This document shows positions 10,432 through 21,695 of a stretch of 64,000 nt of DNA, one piece after another. The notes beneath the pieces are model-generated. The model was given only the letters and a program-made list of their open reading frames with translations. It was not told the origin of the DNA and ran no database searches. Position 1 is the first letter of the stretch, and each line of letters opens with the position of its first letter. This stretch comes from Desulfatiglandales bacterium. GTDB lineage: Bacteria; Desulfobacterota; DSM-4660; Desulfatiglandales; HGW-15. The stretch spans positions 2,112,001 through 2,176,000 of the forward strand of contig CAXXJJ010000004.1 of NCBI GenBank assembly GCA_963667015.2. Reading direction: 5' to 3'. Made by a program: the position numbers and the translations under genes.

Positions 10432-11016
10432 AAAGAAAAGATAAAAAACTGATTCCTCTTATAGGGATTATATTGATAGTTGGGTTCTTAACAACAAGTC
10501 TGGCAAGCTATATAACATCAAGGACTTCTCTCAGGCTTGAGATATCCGAAAATCAGCTCCCCCTGACAGGGGATAATATCTACTCGGAAATACAGAGAAG
10601 AGCTGATAAAATCAGGAGAGATATCTTTTTCATATAATAACAGCAAAGAAACTCTGCTTACAAATGCCAGAAAGATTAATGAATTCGGATGGACCCTGAT
10701 TGTTGAGCAGGGTGAGGGGAAGACACTAAGACCCATTTTCAAAACTCTCCTGATAAACATCTCCATATGCCTCGGCATTACCTCTCTTATTTTAGGGCTG
10801 ATTGCATTCCTGATTCATGCCTATCAGAAGAAGATCGACACACTCACAGGAATAGTACCGATATGTTCATACTGCAAGCAGGTTAGAGATGATAAGGGCT
10901 ACTGGAATCAGGTGGAAGAGTATGTCTCAATGCATACGGAAGCGGAATTCAGCCATGGGATATGCCCTGAATGCCTGAAAAAACACTACCCGGAATTTAC
11001 CGACTCTAAAAAATGA
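10428..11016 (+). pseudogene. Membrane sensor pseudogene (Cache-like domain deleted, frameshifted)
   Basis: N-terminal TM plus DNIYSEIQR joins out of frame to FGWTLIVEQ-TM-PICSYCKQVRDDKGYW...SHGICPEC*. Confidence 0.7.
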
Positions 11017-11108
11017 TAAAAAAAATCCGCAGGTTAAAAGGCTGCAGGGCCTTTATTCTTTCACATAAAATTCCAGAAAGTTCCAGGACACAAGCCGTCT
11101 GCCTGTGT

Positions 11109-11137
11109 TTGACATTTATCCTGTGCCCCGATATAAA
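11109..11137 (+). promoter_or_regulatory. Candidate sigma-70 promoter
   Basis: TTGACA-N17-TATAAA upstream of MoxR gene. Confidence 0.6.
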
Positions 11138-11229
11138 TACCCGCGATTATGTTTAAAATATTAAAAAAATCTAAAGAGAAAACTCTTCATTCTGCAGAGA
11201 TGAAAATAAATAATAAGAAGGAGTATGGA

Positions 11230-12081
11230 ATGTCTGACAATAACAACCTGGATCAGTTTTCAGGTTCTACCCAGTATGTCCTGGATGATGAGCTGGCAAA
11301 GATTGTAAATATTACAATGGCCCTTGAAATGCCTTTACTGCTGAAAGGCGAACCCGGCACAGGTAAAACAATGCTTGCCCACGCAATATCCCGGTCACTC
11401 AACATGAAGCTCATAGTGCTTAATGTAAAATCAAGCATGAAACTGGTTGAAGCCCTGTACCAGTACGACACCCTTACACGGCTTAATGACAGCAGGTTTG
11501 GGGACTCCACAAGAGATGTAAGCAATATTGAAGAATACATAAAGATGGGAAAAATCGGTCAGGCATTTACCGCCGATGAAAAGGTTGTTCTGCTCATTGA
11601 CGAAATCGACAAGGCGGATACGGATTTCCAGGATGATATGCTTGATGTCCTGGACCAGATGGAGTTCGACATCATGGAGATCGACAAGACAATAAAGGCA
11701 AAAAACCGACCTGTAATAATCATTACATCAAACGCCAAAAAAGATCTTTCAGATCCTTTCCTTGGAAGATGTAATTTTCATCACATAGCATTCCCCGAGC
11801 CCGATATGATGGAAAAGATCATCCATGTGCACTTTCCGGATATAGACAGGGACCTGCTGGAAAACGCCGTTACTGCATTCTACCGTTTAAGGGAAATAAA
11901 CGGCATCGAGAAAAAACCGGCCACCAGGGAGCTGATTAACTGGATAAGGGCGCTTCGCTCCGACCCGGACTTCAGGGTAAAGGATCTTAAAAAGGGTGAC
12001 GCACCCTATCTGGGTATACTGTTTAAAAAGAGCCCTGATTACGCTATGGCCAAAAATGTCAATGAGAGATACAGACGATAA
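11230..12081 (+). CDS. MoxR family AAA+ ATPase
   Basis: GEPGTGKT, LIDEIDKAD, FLGRC, KKPATRELINW; RBS AAGGAG before ATG 11230. Confidence 0.9.
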   Translation: MSDNNNLDQFSGSTQYVLDDELAKIVNITMALEMPLLLKGEPGTGKTMLAHAISRSLNMKLIVLNVKSSMKLVEALYQYDTLTRLNDSRFGDSTRDVSNIEEYIKMGKIGQAFTADEKVVLLIDEIDKADTDFQDDMLDVLDQMEFDIMEIDKTIKAKNRPVIIITSNAKKDLSDPFLGRCNFHHIAFPEPDMMEKIIHVHFPDIDRDLLENAVTAFYRLREINGIEKKPATRELINWIRALRSDPDFRVKDLKKGDAPYLGILFKKSPDYAMAKNVNERYRR

Positions 12082-12083
12082 AT

Positions 12084-12152
12084 AAGGTATAAGGTATAGG
12101 GTTTACGGTGTGCGGTAAAAGCCTTAAACCTTATACCTCATACCGTATACCG
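12084..12152. repeat. Intergenic inverted heptamer repeat array
   Basis: AAGGTAT x2, AGGGTTT, ACGGTGT then ACCTTAT, ACCTCAT, ACCGTAT. Confidence 0.8.
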
Positions 12153-12223
12153 GTTTTTCGAAGCATAAAATGACAGTATATAGACTTAGATTAATAAGAT
12201 ATTTAAGGATCGAGTAACCTAAA

Positions 12224-13423
12224 GTGTTTACGACTTTTTTCTATACATTAAAACAGGTAGGAATACCTGTTTCCCCTACATCCTTTCTCAGGCTTCAGAA
12301 AGCCCTTAGCATGGGGATTATCAATTCGCTTAACGATTTTTATACGGCGGCCCGGGCAATACTTGTGAAGAGTGAAAGATACTTTGATCTGTATGACCAG
12401 GTGTTTGCCCACCATTTTGAGGGTGCCGAACTTGCGGATCCGGATGAGGCGATAATATCCGAAATGGCTAAGGCGCTGCTGGAGGAATGGCTTAAACACC
12501 CTGAGGAGATTGCAGATGCCCTTGGAGTGGATGAATCAAAACTGAAGAAGATGACACCCGAGGAACTGATCAAATATTTTATGGAACGACTCAGGGATCA
12601 GACAGAAGAACACCATGGCGGGAACAAATGGATCGGCACAGGAGGCACATCTCCTGTCGGCCATTCAGGGTATCATCCCGGCGGCATGAGGGTAGGAGGT
12701 ATTTCAAGAAACCAGTCTGCCCTCAAGGTGGCCATGGACAGGCGCTACAGGGATTACTCACAGGAAGGTCCGCTTACACAGGCCCAGATGGGGGAGGCAT
12801 TAAAAAGGCTGAGGAACATGGTTCCGGTAGGCCCGAAGGATGAAATCAATATAGATGAAAGCATCTACCAGACCATGAAAAATGCCGGAGAAATCGAGAT
12901 AGTTTTTGACCGGAGCCTCAAGGACAGGTTAAAGATCATACTCGCCATAGATAACGGCGGCTGGTCAATGGAGCCTTATATCCATCTGGTTCAGACCCTC
13001 TTCTATTACGCAAGGGCACAGTTCAAGGATATTAAGACATTCTTTTTTCATAACACCATTTATGACTATCTATGGGAAGATCCTCCCAGGATGAGAAGGC
13101 CCTTCGCCGTAAATGACCTGACAAAGCTGGATCCGGAAACCCGGTTTATTGTTGTTGGTGACGCCAGCATGGCGCCCTATGAACTGATGGCAACAGACGG
13201 ATCGATTCATATCGAGGAGCGCTCAGGCATGCCGAGTTACAGAAGGCTCCAGTTTATTACCGAGACATTTCAGCACAGCGTGTGGCTGAACCCCAAGATG
13301 GAAGGCCAGTGGCCCTATACTCGCACCATCAGCATGATAAGGGAGATATTCCCCATGTTTGAGCTAACCCTGGACGGGCTTGAAAGTGCGGTAAATTATA
13401 TGATGAGAAAAAACTATGGATAA
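12224..13423 (+). CDS. VWA domain CoxE-like protein (MoxR partner)
   Basis: GGNKWIGTGGTSP, DNGGWSM, FFHN, VGDASMAPYE, WLNP. Confidence 0.88.
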   Translation: MFTTFFYTLKQVGIPVSPTSFLRLQKALSMGIINSLNDFYTAARAILVKSERYFDLYDQVFAHHFEGAELADPDEAIISEMAKALLEEWLKHPEEIADALGVDESKLKKMTPEELIKYFMERLRDQTEEHHGGNKWIGTGGTSPVGHSGYHPGGMRVGGISRNQSALKVAMDRRYRDYSQEGPLTQAQMGEALKRLRNMVPVGPKDEINIDESIYQTMKNAGEIEIVFDRSLKDRLKIILAIDNGGWSMEPYIHLVQTLFYYARAQFKDIKTFFFHNTIYDYLWEDPPRMRRPFAVNDLTKLDPETRFIVVGDASMAPYELMATDGSIHIEERSGMPSYRRLQFITETFQHSVWLNPKMEGQWPYTRTISMIREIFPMFELTLDGLESAVNYMMRKNYG

Positions 13424-13860
13424 AGCGACTTATCAGACGCAAGGGTCCTGATGAACTTGAGTTTACTTATTTTCCACTCGCCGTTTATTTTTTTATATTC
13501 ACACTCATTCTTTCCCTGAACCCACTGTATCTCAGGTTTCGAGAATAACATATAGATAAGCCATGTCCCCGTTGCCGCATCACCATTTACCATGATATCA
13601 GGTTCTACAGCCATATGGCCGTCAAACCTTTCACTGCCACGTTTTTTAGCAAGTACATCTATGTATATTTCCCTTAACTCGTTTCTGCCCTTTTTAATCC
13701 CCAGGTTACGAATTTCAACAGAGGCATTCTCGGTGAAAAGATCAGGCACTGCTTCATATTCGAGATTATCCATAAGGTTGATATATTTCTGGTGAAGTTT
13801 TTTGATTTCTTCTGCATCTTCCAGTGCCTGTATTCTTTTTTCCAGATCTTCAAGTGACAT
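13414..13860 (-). CDS. NTF2/SnoaL-like protein
   Basis: LEDAEEIKKL...LFTENA...GEWKI pattern. Confidence 0.8.
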   Translation of the reverse strand: MSLEDLEKRIQALEDAEEIKKLHQKYINLMDNLEYEAVPDLFTENASVEIRNLGIKKGRNELREIYIDVLAKKRGSERFDGHMAVEPDIMVNGDAATGTWLIYMLFSKPEIQWVQGKNECEYKKINGEWKISKLKFIRTLASDKSLYP

Positions 13861-13868
13861 AAAAATCC

Positions 13869-15479
13869 CTATTTAAACTGATCAAAAAAATCATTGCCCT
13901 TGTCATCAACAATAATAAAGGCAGGAAAGTCCTTCACGGTAATCATGAAGATTGCTTCCATTCCAAGCTCCGGGTATTCAAGCACCTCAACATTGGTAAT
14001 GCAGTCCTTACCAAGTCTTGCTGCGGCCCCGCCGATAGAACCAAGATAAAATCCACCATACTTTTTGCAGGCGTCTGTTACTGTCTTTGACCGGTTACCC
14101 TTTGCGAGCATAACCATTGATCCGCCCTGCGCCTGAAAGATCGGGACATAGGAATCCATACGGCCGGCAGTTGTGGGGCCGAATGAACCTGAGGCAAAGC
14201 CTTCGGGTGTCTTGGCCGGTCCTGCATAATATATAATATGGTCTTTAAGATACTGTGGCAGGCCTTCACCATTATCAAGTCTTTCCTTGAGTTTGGCATG
14301 GGCAATATCTCTGCCTACTATTATTTTACCATTAAGTAAAAGCCGGGTTGATACCGGATATTTTGAAAGGGTTGCCCGTATCTCATCCATTGGTCTTTCA
14401 AGGTCAATATGCACAGCATCATCATCTGCACCCGCTGGTTCGGGCAGGTAAACACTCGGATCTTTGACAAGCTTTTCAAGAAAGATACCATCCCCTGTGA
14501 TCTTTGCCTTTATGTTCCTGTGTGCCGAACAGCTTACACCAAGCCCTACCGGGCATGATGCTCCGTGCCTGGGAAGCCTTATTACCCTTGCATCCAGGCA
14601 GAAATACTTACCGCCGAACTGGGCCCCCAGGCCGATTTTTCTTGAACGTTCAAGCAGTTTTTCTTCAAGCTCTGTATCCCTGAACGCCCTTCCACCTGAG
14701 CTGCCGGTTTGAGGAAGATTATCAAGATAGCCTGCAGAGGCGAGCTTTACGGTTTTAAGATTCAGCTCGGGCGAGGTCCCTCCCACAACAAAGGCAACAT
14801 GATATGGCGGGCATGCCGCTGTTCCCAGGGTCTTCATTTTTTCAACCATATAATCAACAAGTACATCAGGATTTAAAACTGCCTTTGTCTCCTGGTAAAG
14901 ATATGTCTTGTTTGAAGACCCGCCTCCCTTCGCTATAAAGAGAAACCTGTAGGCATCTCCCTGTGTTGCATAGATGTCTATCTGGGCAGGAAGGTTGCAC
15001 GCGGTGTTTTTTTCCTCATACATGGTTAATGGAGCGTTCTGCGAATAGCGAAGGTTGTTTTTGGTATATGCATTGAATACGCCCCTTGAAAGGGCCTCTT
15101 CATCGGAATAACCGGTCCAGACCTTCTGCCCCTTTTTGGCGATTACCACTGCAGTACCAGTATCCTGGCACATGGGAAAAACACCTTCGGCAGAAATAAC
15201 CGCGTTTTTTATCATCTCAAGGGCCACATATTTATCATTGTCTGAGGCCTCAGGGTCATTGAGGATTTCCGCAGTCTGCTCAAGATGTGATTTTCTCAGG
15301 AGATGCGCAACATCCCTGAATGCCTCTTCCGCCAGCAGGGTCAGGCCTTCGGGTGCAACTTTTATAACATTCTCGTCCTCGAAAATACCGGTTGAGACAT
15401 AATCCTTTGTGAGAAGACGATATTCGGAAGTATCATCTCCCAGCTGAAACATATCTTCATATAAAAAAGCCGTAGACAT
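13869..15479 (-). CDS. Class I fumarate hydratase (Fe-S)
   Basis: [34 protein letters not shown]. Confidence 0.95.
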   Translation of the reverse strand: MSTAFLYEDMFQLGDDTSEYRLLTKDYVSTGIFEDENVIKVAPEGLTLLAEEAFRDVAHLLRKSHLEQTAEILNDPEASDNDKYVALEMIKNAVISAEGVFPMCQDTGTAVVIAKKGQKVWTGYSDEEALSRGVFNAYTKNNLRYSQNAPLTMYEEKNTACNLPAQIDIYATQGDAYRFLFIAKGGGSSNKTYLYQETKAVLNPDVLVDYMVEKMKTLGTAACPPYHVAFVVGGTSPELNLKTVKLASAGYLDNLPQTGSSGGRAFRDTELEEKLLERSRKIGLGAQFGGKYFCLDARVIRLPRHGASCPVGLGVSCSAHRNIKAKITGDGIFLEKLVKDPSVYLPEPAGADDDAVHIDLERPMDEIRATLSKYPVSTRLLLNGKIIVGRDIAHAKLKERLDNGEGLPQYLKDHIIYYAGPAKTPEGFASGSFGPTTAGRMDSYVPIFQAQGGSMVMLAKGNRSKTVTDACKKYGGFYLGSIGGAAARLGKDCITNVEVLEYPELGMEAIFMITVKDFPAFIIVDDKGNDFFDQFK

Positions 15480-15522
15480 TGATAGATCCTGTTATTATGT
15501 TGTTTTTAAAATAAAATTTATA

Positions 15523-15720
15523 GCCACAAAGACACAAAGTCACCAAGAAAAAAACCTAAAACCTTGTCTCTCGCAGAGTCCGCAGAGAGCGCAGAGAAAA
15601 ACAAAAACATTGAAATATAAAAAAAAGCTAAAACTTAAATTTACTACGAAGAGCACAGAGGGCCACGGAGTTAAGGTTTATAAATAAAAATCTCCTAGGT
15701 TCTCAGTGCTCTCTGTGGTT
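15523..15720. repeat. Degenerate about 9-bp-period intergenic repeats (CACAAAG/CGCAGAG/CACAGAG) with inverted copy
   Basis: CCACAAAGACACAAAG, CGCAGAG x3, CACAGAGGGCCACGGAG vs CTCAGTGCTCTCTGTGG. Confidence 0.6.
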
Positions 15721-15755
15721 GACGATAACGATGTATGGCATATATAGAAAAACAA

Positions 15756-15794
15756 AAAATCCATCTGGAAATGGTTTTCTTCCGGATGGATTTT
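15756..15794 (-). terminator. Hairpin terminator after mdh
   Basis: AAAATCCATCTGGAA...TTCCGGATGGATTTT inverted repeat with flanking A/T runs. Confidence 0.65.
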
Positions 15795-15800
15795 ATAATT

Positions 15801-16772
<972 letters not shown>

Positions 16773-18278
16773 CTATTTCAAAGAGACTTTACACACCTGC
16801 TCGATAGCAGCAGCCATGGCCTCATCTTCTGCTCTTATATCGTCAAGGGTTTTGGGTTTAACTGTATCAGGTCTTTCCTCAATACCATATTTCCACTTCA
16901 GGTACTGTTCGCCTGTTGTGGGATAAAGGGCATAGATAAGAAGATCAAAATCATCCTTTGCCAGATCTCCTATCTTCGCCTTGGCTGCTTCCAGTTCAGG
17001 CTCAAGATGATTTGCAACCCTGTCTTCAATTACACCGTCAGGCCTGCGTTTCTTATTTCTCTTGGAGGCTATCTCCACGATCTCCGGGCTGACCGGGATT
17101 GGAGTTTTTCCGTAATATCCCATTGCCAGGTCCATGGACTCATAGTTCATTATCTTCCAGCGTCCCTGGAGCACGTTAAGCACCGCCTGTGTACCGACAA
17201 TCTGGCTGGTAGGTGTTACAAGCGGAGGCATTCCTAGCTCTTTACGTGCTTCGGCGACTTCTTTGTATACCTCTGGAAGCCTGTCAAGGGCGTTAGCCGT
17301 CTTGAGCTGGCTTACCAGGTTGGATATCATTCCGCCTGGTACCTGGTGCTTGAGAACACCTGTGTCAATTACGGACATTTTATGCTTGGCAAGGTAATCC
17401 CTGTATTTTGGTGCTACCGACTCCATATGCTCACCAAGTTCAAGCAGGGTATCGAGATCAAAACCCGGATCTCTTGTTGTGCCGAAAAGTGTGGCAACTA
17501 TAGGTTCAACTGCCGGCTGTGAGGTCCTGAGTGCAAATGGAGCAAGACATGTATCAATAATGTCAACACCGGCCTTTATTGCCTCAAGATATATCATCGA
17601 GGCCATACCGCTGGTATAATGGGTATGCAGGTGTATCGGGATTGTAATAATCTTCTTAAGCTCGGTTATAAGCTTGGCAATATCAAAGGGGGCCATGATG
17701 CCGGCCATATCCTTCAGGCATAGTGTATCAGCGCCCATGTCCTGAAGTTCCTTTGCCTTTTTCAGGTAATAATCGATATTAAAAACTTCACCGCCCATGC
17801 GCCTTTCAGTAAGGCTGTAGCATATTGTTCCCTGAAAATGCTTTCCGTTTGCCTTGATTCTTTCAACAACCGTGTCAAAATTTCTAAAATCATTAAGGGC
17901 ATCAAATACCCTGAACACATCCATTCCGGCTTCACATGACTTGTCTACAAAAAGCTTTGCAACATCATCGGCATAGTTCCTGTATCCGACAAGGTTCTGC
18001 CCTCTCAGCAGCATGGAAAATGGTGTCTTTTTGATATATTTTTTGAGGGTCTTAATGCGGTCAAAGGGGTCTTCACCCAGGAATCGATGCATTGTATCAA
18101 ATGTAGCACCGCCCCAGACCTCCATTGCCCAGAAACCCACTTCGTCCATTTTTTCTGCTATTGGAAGCATATCTTCGGTCCTCATCCTGGTTGCCAGGAG
18201 GGACTGATGTCCGTCTCTAAACGTATTATCCTGTATCTTAATTGGATTTTTTGGTCCGTCTTCAAGAAAATTACCCAT
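16773..18278 (-). CDS. Pyruvate carboxylase subunit B / oxaloacetate decarboxylase alpha-type carboxyltransferase (no biotinyl domain)
   Basis: RDGHQSL, WGGATFD, LRGQNLVGY, HLHTH, VTPTSQIVG. Confidence 0.9.
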   Translation of the reverse strand: MGNFLEDGPKNPIKIQDNTFRDGHQSLLATRMRTEDMLPIAEKMDEVGFWAMEVWGGATFDTMHRFLGEDPFDRIKTLKKYIKKTPFSMLLRGQNLVGYRNYADDVAKLFVDKSCEAGMDVFRVFDALNDFRNFDTVVERIKANGKHFQGTICYSLTERRMGGEVFNIDYYLKKAKELQDMGADTLCLKDMAGIMAPFDIAKLITELKKIITIPIHLHTHYTSGMASMIYLEAIKAGVDIIDTCLAPFALRTSQPAVEPIVATLFGTTRDPGFDLDTLLELGEHMESVAPKYRDYLAKHKMSVIDTGVLKHQVPGGMISNLVSQLKTANALDRLPEVYKEVAEARKELGMPPLVTPTSQIVGTQAVLNVLQGRWKIMNYESMDLAMGYYGKTPIPVSPEIVEIASKRNKKRRPDGVIEDRVANHLEPELEAAKAKIGDLAKDDFDLLIYALYPTTGEQYLKWKYGIEERPDTVKPKTLDDIRAEDEAMAAAIEQVCKVSLK

Positions 18279-18329
18279 AATTTTTCTCTCTTTCTTAAAT
18301 GATTGAATTTCATGCAAAATTCATGATAG

Positions 18330-18476
18330 TTAACGAAAATAGCCCGGCACAGATAAGAGAGATAGAATTGCCGGGGGCCTCCAATCAATATTGTAAAACA
18401 TGCCGCCGGATTGATGATACCCTGAGACGATATCACCGGCAACGAGATATAGTCGGTTCTTCTGTCTGACCGAAAA
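18330..18476 (-). promoter_or_regulatory. Candidate structured 5' leader (attenuator/riboswitch-like)
   Basis: GC-rich alternative hairpins between a sigma-70-like promoter and the carboxyltransferase start. Confidence 0.4.
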
Positions 18477-18481
18477 CTATT

Positions 18482-18510
18482 TTTATACCTAGAAATTAAA
18501 TGTGAGTCAA
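18482..18510 (-). promoter_or_regulatory. Candidate sigma-70 promoter
   Basis: Minus strand TTGACT-N17-TATAAA. Confidence 0.55.
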
Positions 18511-19319
18511 CATCTTGTCAATTAAGATTACCCCATTATTTTCACACAAGGGGCCTTCATTAAGGCTTTCAGAAAAAGGGCTTAATGAAAAAAACTTCAC
18601 ACGGAGCTGAAACAGTATTCAAAAATCTTCCTCTCTGCATATTTTTTGATCTGTACAAAAAAGAGGTAGCATAAAGGATCAGCCATACTATTTCTGCTGG
18701 CAAAACAAGGATTGACTTAATCCATCAGTTAAACTATATTTTTTCATAACGTATTTAAAAATGGGATTATTTTTAATTCGGAAAAAATACAGGCAGGGCT
18801 TTAGCCTGACCTGTTCAATTAATATATTTTAAGAAGCATATAATTTTTAGACTTTAAAGTATTAATAATTTAACAATTTTTAACTTAAGTTAATACAGGT
18901 ATAATTGTTTTACAATTAATTAAAATGAATTATTTATAACTTTAGTTTTTTATGCTCTCCAGGATACTTTGTGGACGTTAAGGTTATTACATTTTTAATA
19001 ATTTAATAAATATTATAGAAAATATAATATAATTATATATCTTATTTATCCGCTTATCCATTATATCAGGATCATTAACGGCTTTTCCGACCCGAGAATA
19101 AAATCCCGCTAAAACAGATTGAGTTTTCTTACATTCAGAGATAAATGTCTTTGAATATAAGCCAGTTAGCCTTCTTCTTTAAGTTTTGAGCTTTGAGCAA
19201 AAGGCTTTATCTCTCAATTATATGATCCTGAGTAAGCAATTATTCTTCTCAAGTATTTCTCCTGAAATATTGAGCAGTTTAAAGATCTTCTGGAGAGCTC
19301 CTTATAGGGAGTTTTAAAA

Positions 19320-20633
19320 ATGAAGATAAAGGCAAAAAGCAAAGAAGGGTTTTACGGCTGGATTAATCTTGCTGTATTATTCCCTTTTAATATGGTTTCA
19401 GGAGCACTGTTAATAACATTTGGTATTTTCCTACCCTTCTGGGCCGAAGATTTCGGGTGGAGCCTTTTTGTGATTTCGGGCGCCCAGTTAACAAGTAACG
19501 TATTAATAGGCGTGGTTGCGCCTGTTGTAGGATTTTTTATTATGAGGTGGGGCGGTAAAAAAGCTATTATTACAGGAAATCTTATAAATACAACCGGGCT
19601 TATTCTGTTGGCGCATTTTCATGAAGTATGGCAGCTTTATCTCGGTTACGGGATTATAATAGGCACAGGGTTCAGCCTCGGCGGGATGCTTGCCATGAAT
19701 ACGATCATCAACAAGTGGTTTGTGAAGAAACTCTCTGTAGCGGTAGGGATAGCAACGGCAGCAACTGGAATCACCGGGGTTCTTATAGCCCCTCTTCTGC
19801 TCCACCTCATCAATATCATAGGCTGGAGGCATACATTCCTGGTATTTGCAGGACTCATAATGTTTTTTTGTGTCATTCTACCTGCACTTTTTGTAGTGGA
19901 CAAACCGGGCGATCTCGGACAGGTACCTGATGGTCCCCGTTCAAAACAAGCTGAAATATCATCAAATAAGACCAATAAAAAAGCTAACTACCGAACGCCT
20001 GTGGATTTTACGGCAAAAGAGGCCTTCAGGACCAGGGCACTCTGGATGCTGTTGATCTTTTATACACTCCAGTATTTCACCATGAACTGGATTGTTGCAC
20101 ACCAGGTAAAATACATGTTTGATATAGGCGTATCATCGGGCATGACAGGTTTAGTAATAGGAATAATGTCAACAGTCATGACAATAGCCCAGGTTTCGGC
20201 CGGTATACTGGCAGTTCGAATAAGTATGCAGTACATAACACTGGGTTCTATCTCGATATTGATTTTAGGCCTCATAATTGCACCTTTTGCCGGTTCATTT
20301 TCAGGTGCGGTTCTTTATTCCATATTCTTCGGAATCGGTTTTGGCGTAAACGTACTTGTCCTTGTGAATTTATTGCCTTCATATTTCGGAGTATCGGAAT
20401 ACCCCAAAATAATGGGTTATATAACACCCTTTTATACTATCCTGGGCAGCCTGGGAACTCTCCTGGCAGGACATATTCGTGATATAACGGGCAGTTATAT
20501 GCATGCATTCCAGATATCGGTTCTTGCTATGGCAATCGCATTTATCTGTATTATATTTGCAAAGCCGCCTGTGCATCCTTCCCTGGTAAAGGATGGTGCG
20601 GCCTTAAAAAGAAAGGTAAAGCAGTTCGTATAA
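19320..20633 (+). CDS. MFS transporter
   Basis: About 12 hydrophobic segments; FYGW, KWF, IGWR, PDG motifs. Confidence 0.9.
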   Translation: MKIKAKSKEGFYGWINLAVLFPFNMVSGALLITFGIFLPFWAEDFGWSLFVISGAQLTSNVLIGVVAPVVGFFIMRWGGKKAIITGNLINTTGLILLAHFHEVWQLYLGYGIIIGTGFSLGGMLAMNTIINKWFVKKLSVAVGIATAATGITGVLIAPLLLHLINIIGWRHTFLVFAGLIMFFCVILPALFVVDKPGDLGQVPDGPRSKQAEISSNKTNKKANYRTPVDFTAKEAFRTRALWMLLIFYTLQYFTMNWIVAHQVKYMFDIGVSSGMTGLVIGIMSTVMTIAQVSAGILAVRISMQYITLGSISILILGLIIAPFAGSFSGAVLYSIFFGIGFGVNVLVLVNLLPSYFGVSEYPKIMGYITPFYTILGSLGTLLAGHIRDITGSYMHAFQISVLAMAIAFICIIFAKPPVHPSLVKDGAALKRKVKQFV

Positions 20634-20652
20634 CAGGCAGATTCCAATGATA

Positions 20653-20738
20653 GTGCAGAGGCAGACCTGTGTGTCTGCCTTTTTTTTGTTCCTTGTATTT
20701 TAAACACACAAGGGCAGGCACAGGAGCCCGCTCCTACG
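20653..20738. repeat. REP-like palindromes / terminator after MFS gene
   Basis: AGGCAGAC...GTCTGCCT + T8, then a degenerate second copy ending CCTAC. Confidence 0.5.
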
Positions 20739-20897
20739 CTGCATTATATAATCATGTCCCAATTCAGGACAGATCACAATCCATGCAGGGGCGCCTGATT
20801 TTTGTATTCCGGATTTGACATGTCTGTTTGATTTTCTCTGCCAAATAAAATATAAATCTCCCATCAAAACACATTAAAACAGAACAGGGACAAGGGA

Positions 20898-21590
20898 ATG
20901 ACAGACAATAAAAAGGCAGTAATACTATCTAGTGGAGGCGTCGACTCCACAACCGTAATGGCGATTGCAAAGAGTGAAGGCTTTTCCTTATACAGCCTTT
21001 CATTCAATTACGGCCAGAGGCATTCCTTTGAACTTGAATCCGCACGCAGGGTCTCAGAGTTTTTCAATGTAAAAGAGCACATGATAATTGATATCAATCT
21101 CCGGCAGATAGGCGGATCTTCACTTACTGATAACATGGATGTACCCAAAGGTAGAGAAGAAGAGGAAATGGCAGGGGAAATACCTGTCACCTATGTCCCT
21201 GCAAGAAACACCATTTTCCTGTCATATGCCCTTGCCTGGGCAGAGGTCCTGGAATGCGGGGATATATTTATAGGAGTAAATGCGGTTGACTACAGCGGAT
21301 ACCCTGACTGCCGGCCCGAGTATATAGAGGCATTTGAGAAGATGGCAAACCTTGCCACAAAGGCAGGAGTGGAAAACCGCACAAAACTTAAAATTCATAC
21401 GCCCCTGATAAAGATGACCAAGGCAGAGATAATCGAATGCGGCAATAAACTGGGAGTTGATTACTCAATGACCCACAGCTGTTACGATCCATCACCCGAA
21501 GGTTACGCCTGCGGTTCATGTGACAGCTGCATCTTGAGAAGAAAAGGCTTTACTGAATCAGGAGTGCCAGACCCTACCAAATATATGTAA
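20898..21590 (+). CDS. queC: 7-cyano-7-deazaguanine synthase
   Basis: SGGVDS, YGQRH, TYVPARN, SGYPDCR, CGSCDSC. Confidence 0.96.
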   Translation: MTDNKKAVILSSGGVDSTTVMAIAKSEGFSLYSLSFNYGQRHSFELESARRVSEFFNVKEHMIIDINLRQIGGSSLTDNMDVPKGREEEEMAGEIPVTYVPARNTIFLSYALAWAEVLECGDIFIGVNAVDYSGYPDCRPEYIEAFEKMANLATKAGVENRTKLKIHTPLIKMTKAEIIECGNKLGVDYSMTHSCYDPSPEGYACGSCDSCILRRKGFTESGVPDPTKYM

Positions 21591-21695
21591 ACATATGGCA
21601 GGGCATTCCTTCAAATCATTCAGGCCAATAGCTTCATTAAATAAAAGATAATTAAGTCTTGATTTATCTCTTTTTTAGAGATAATATGTCCTACT

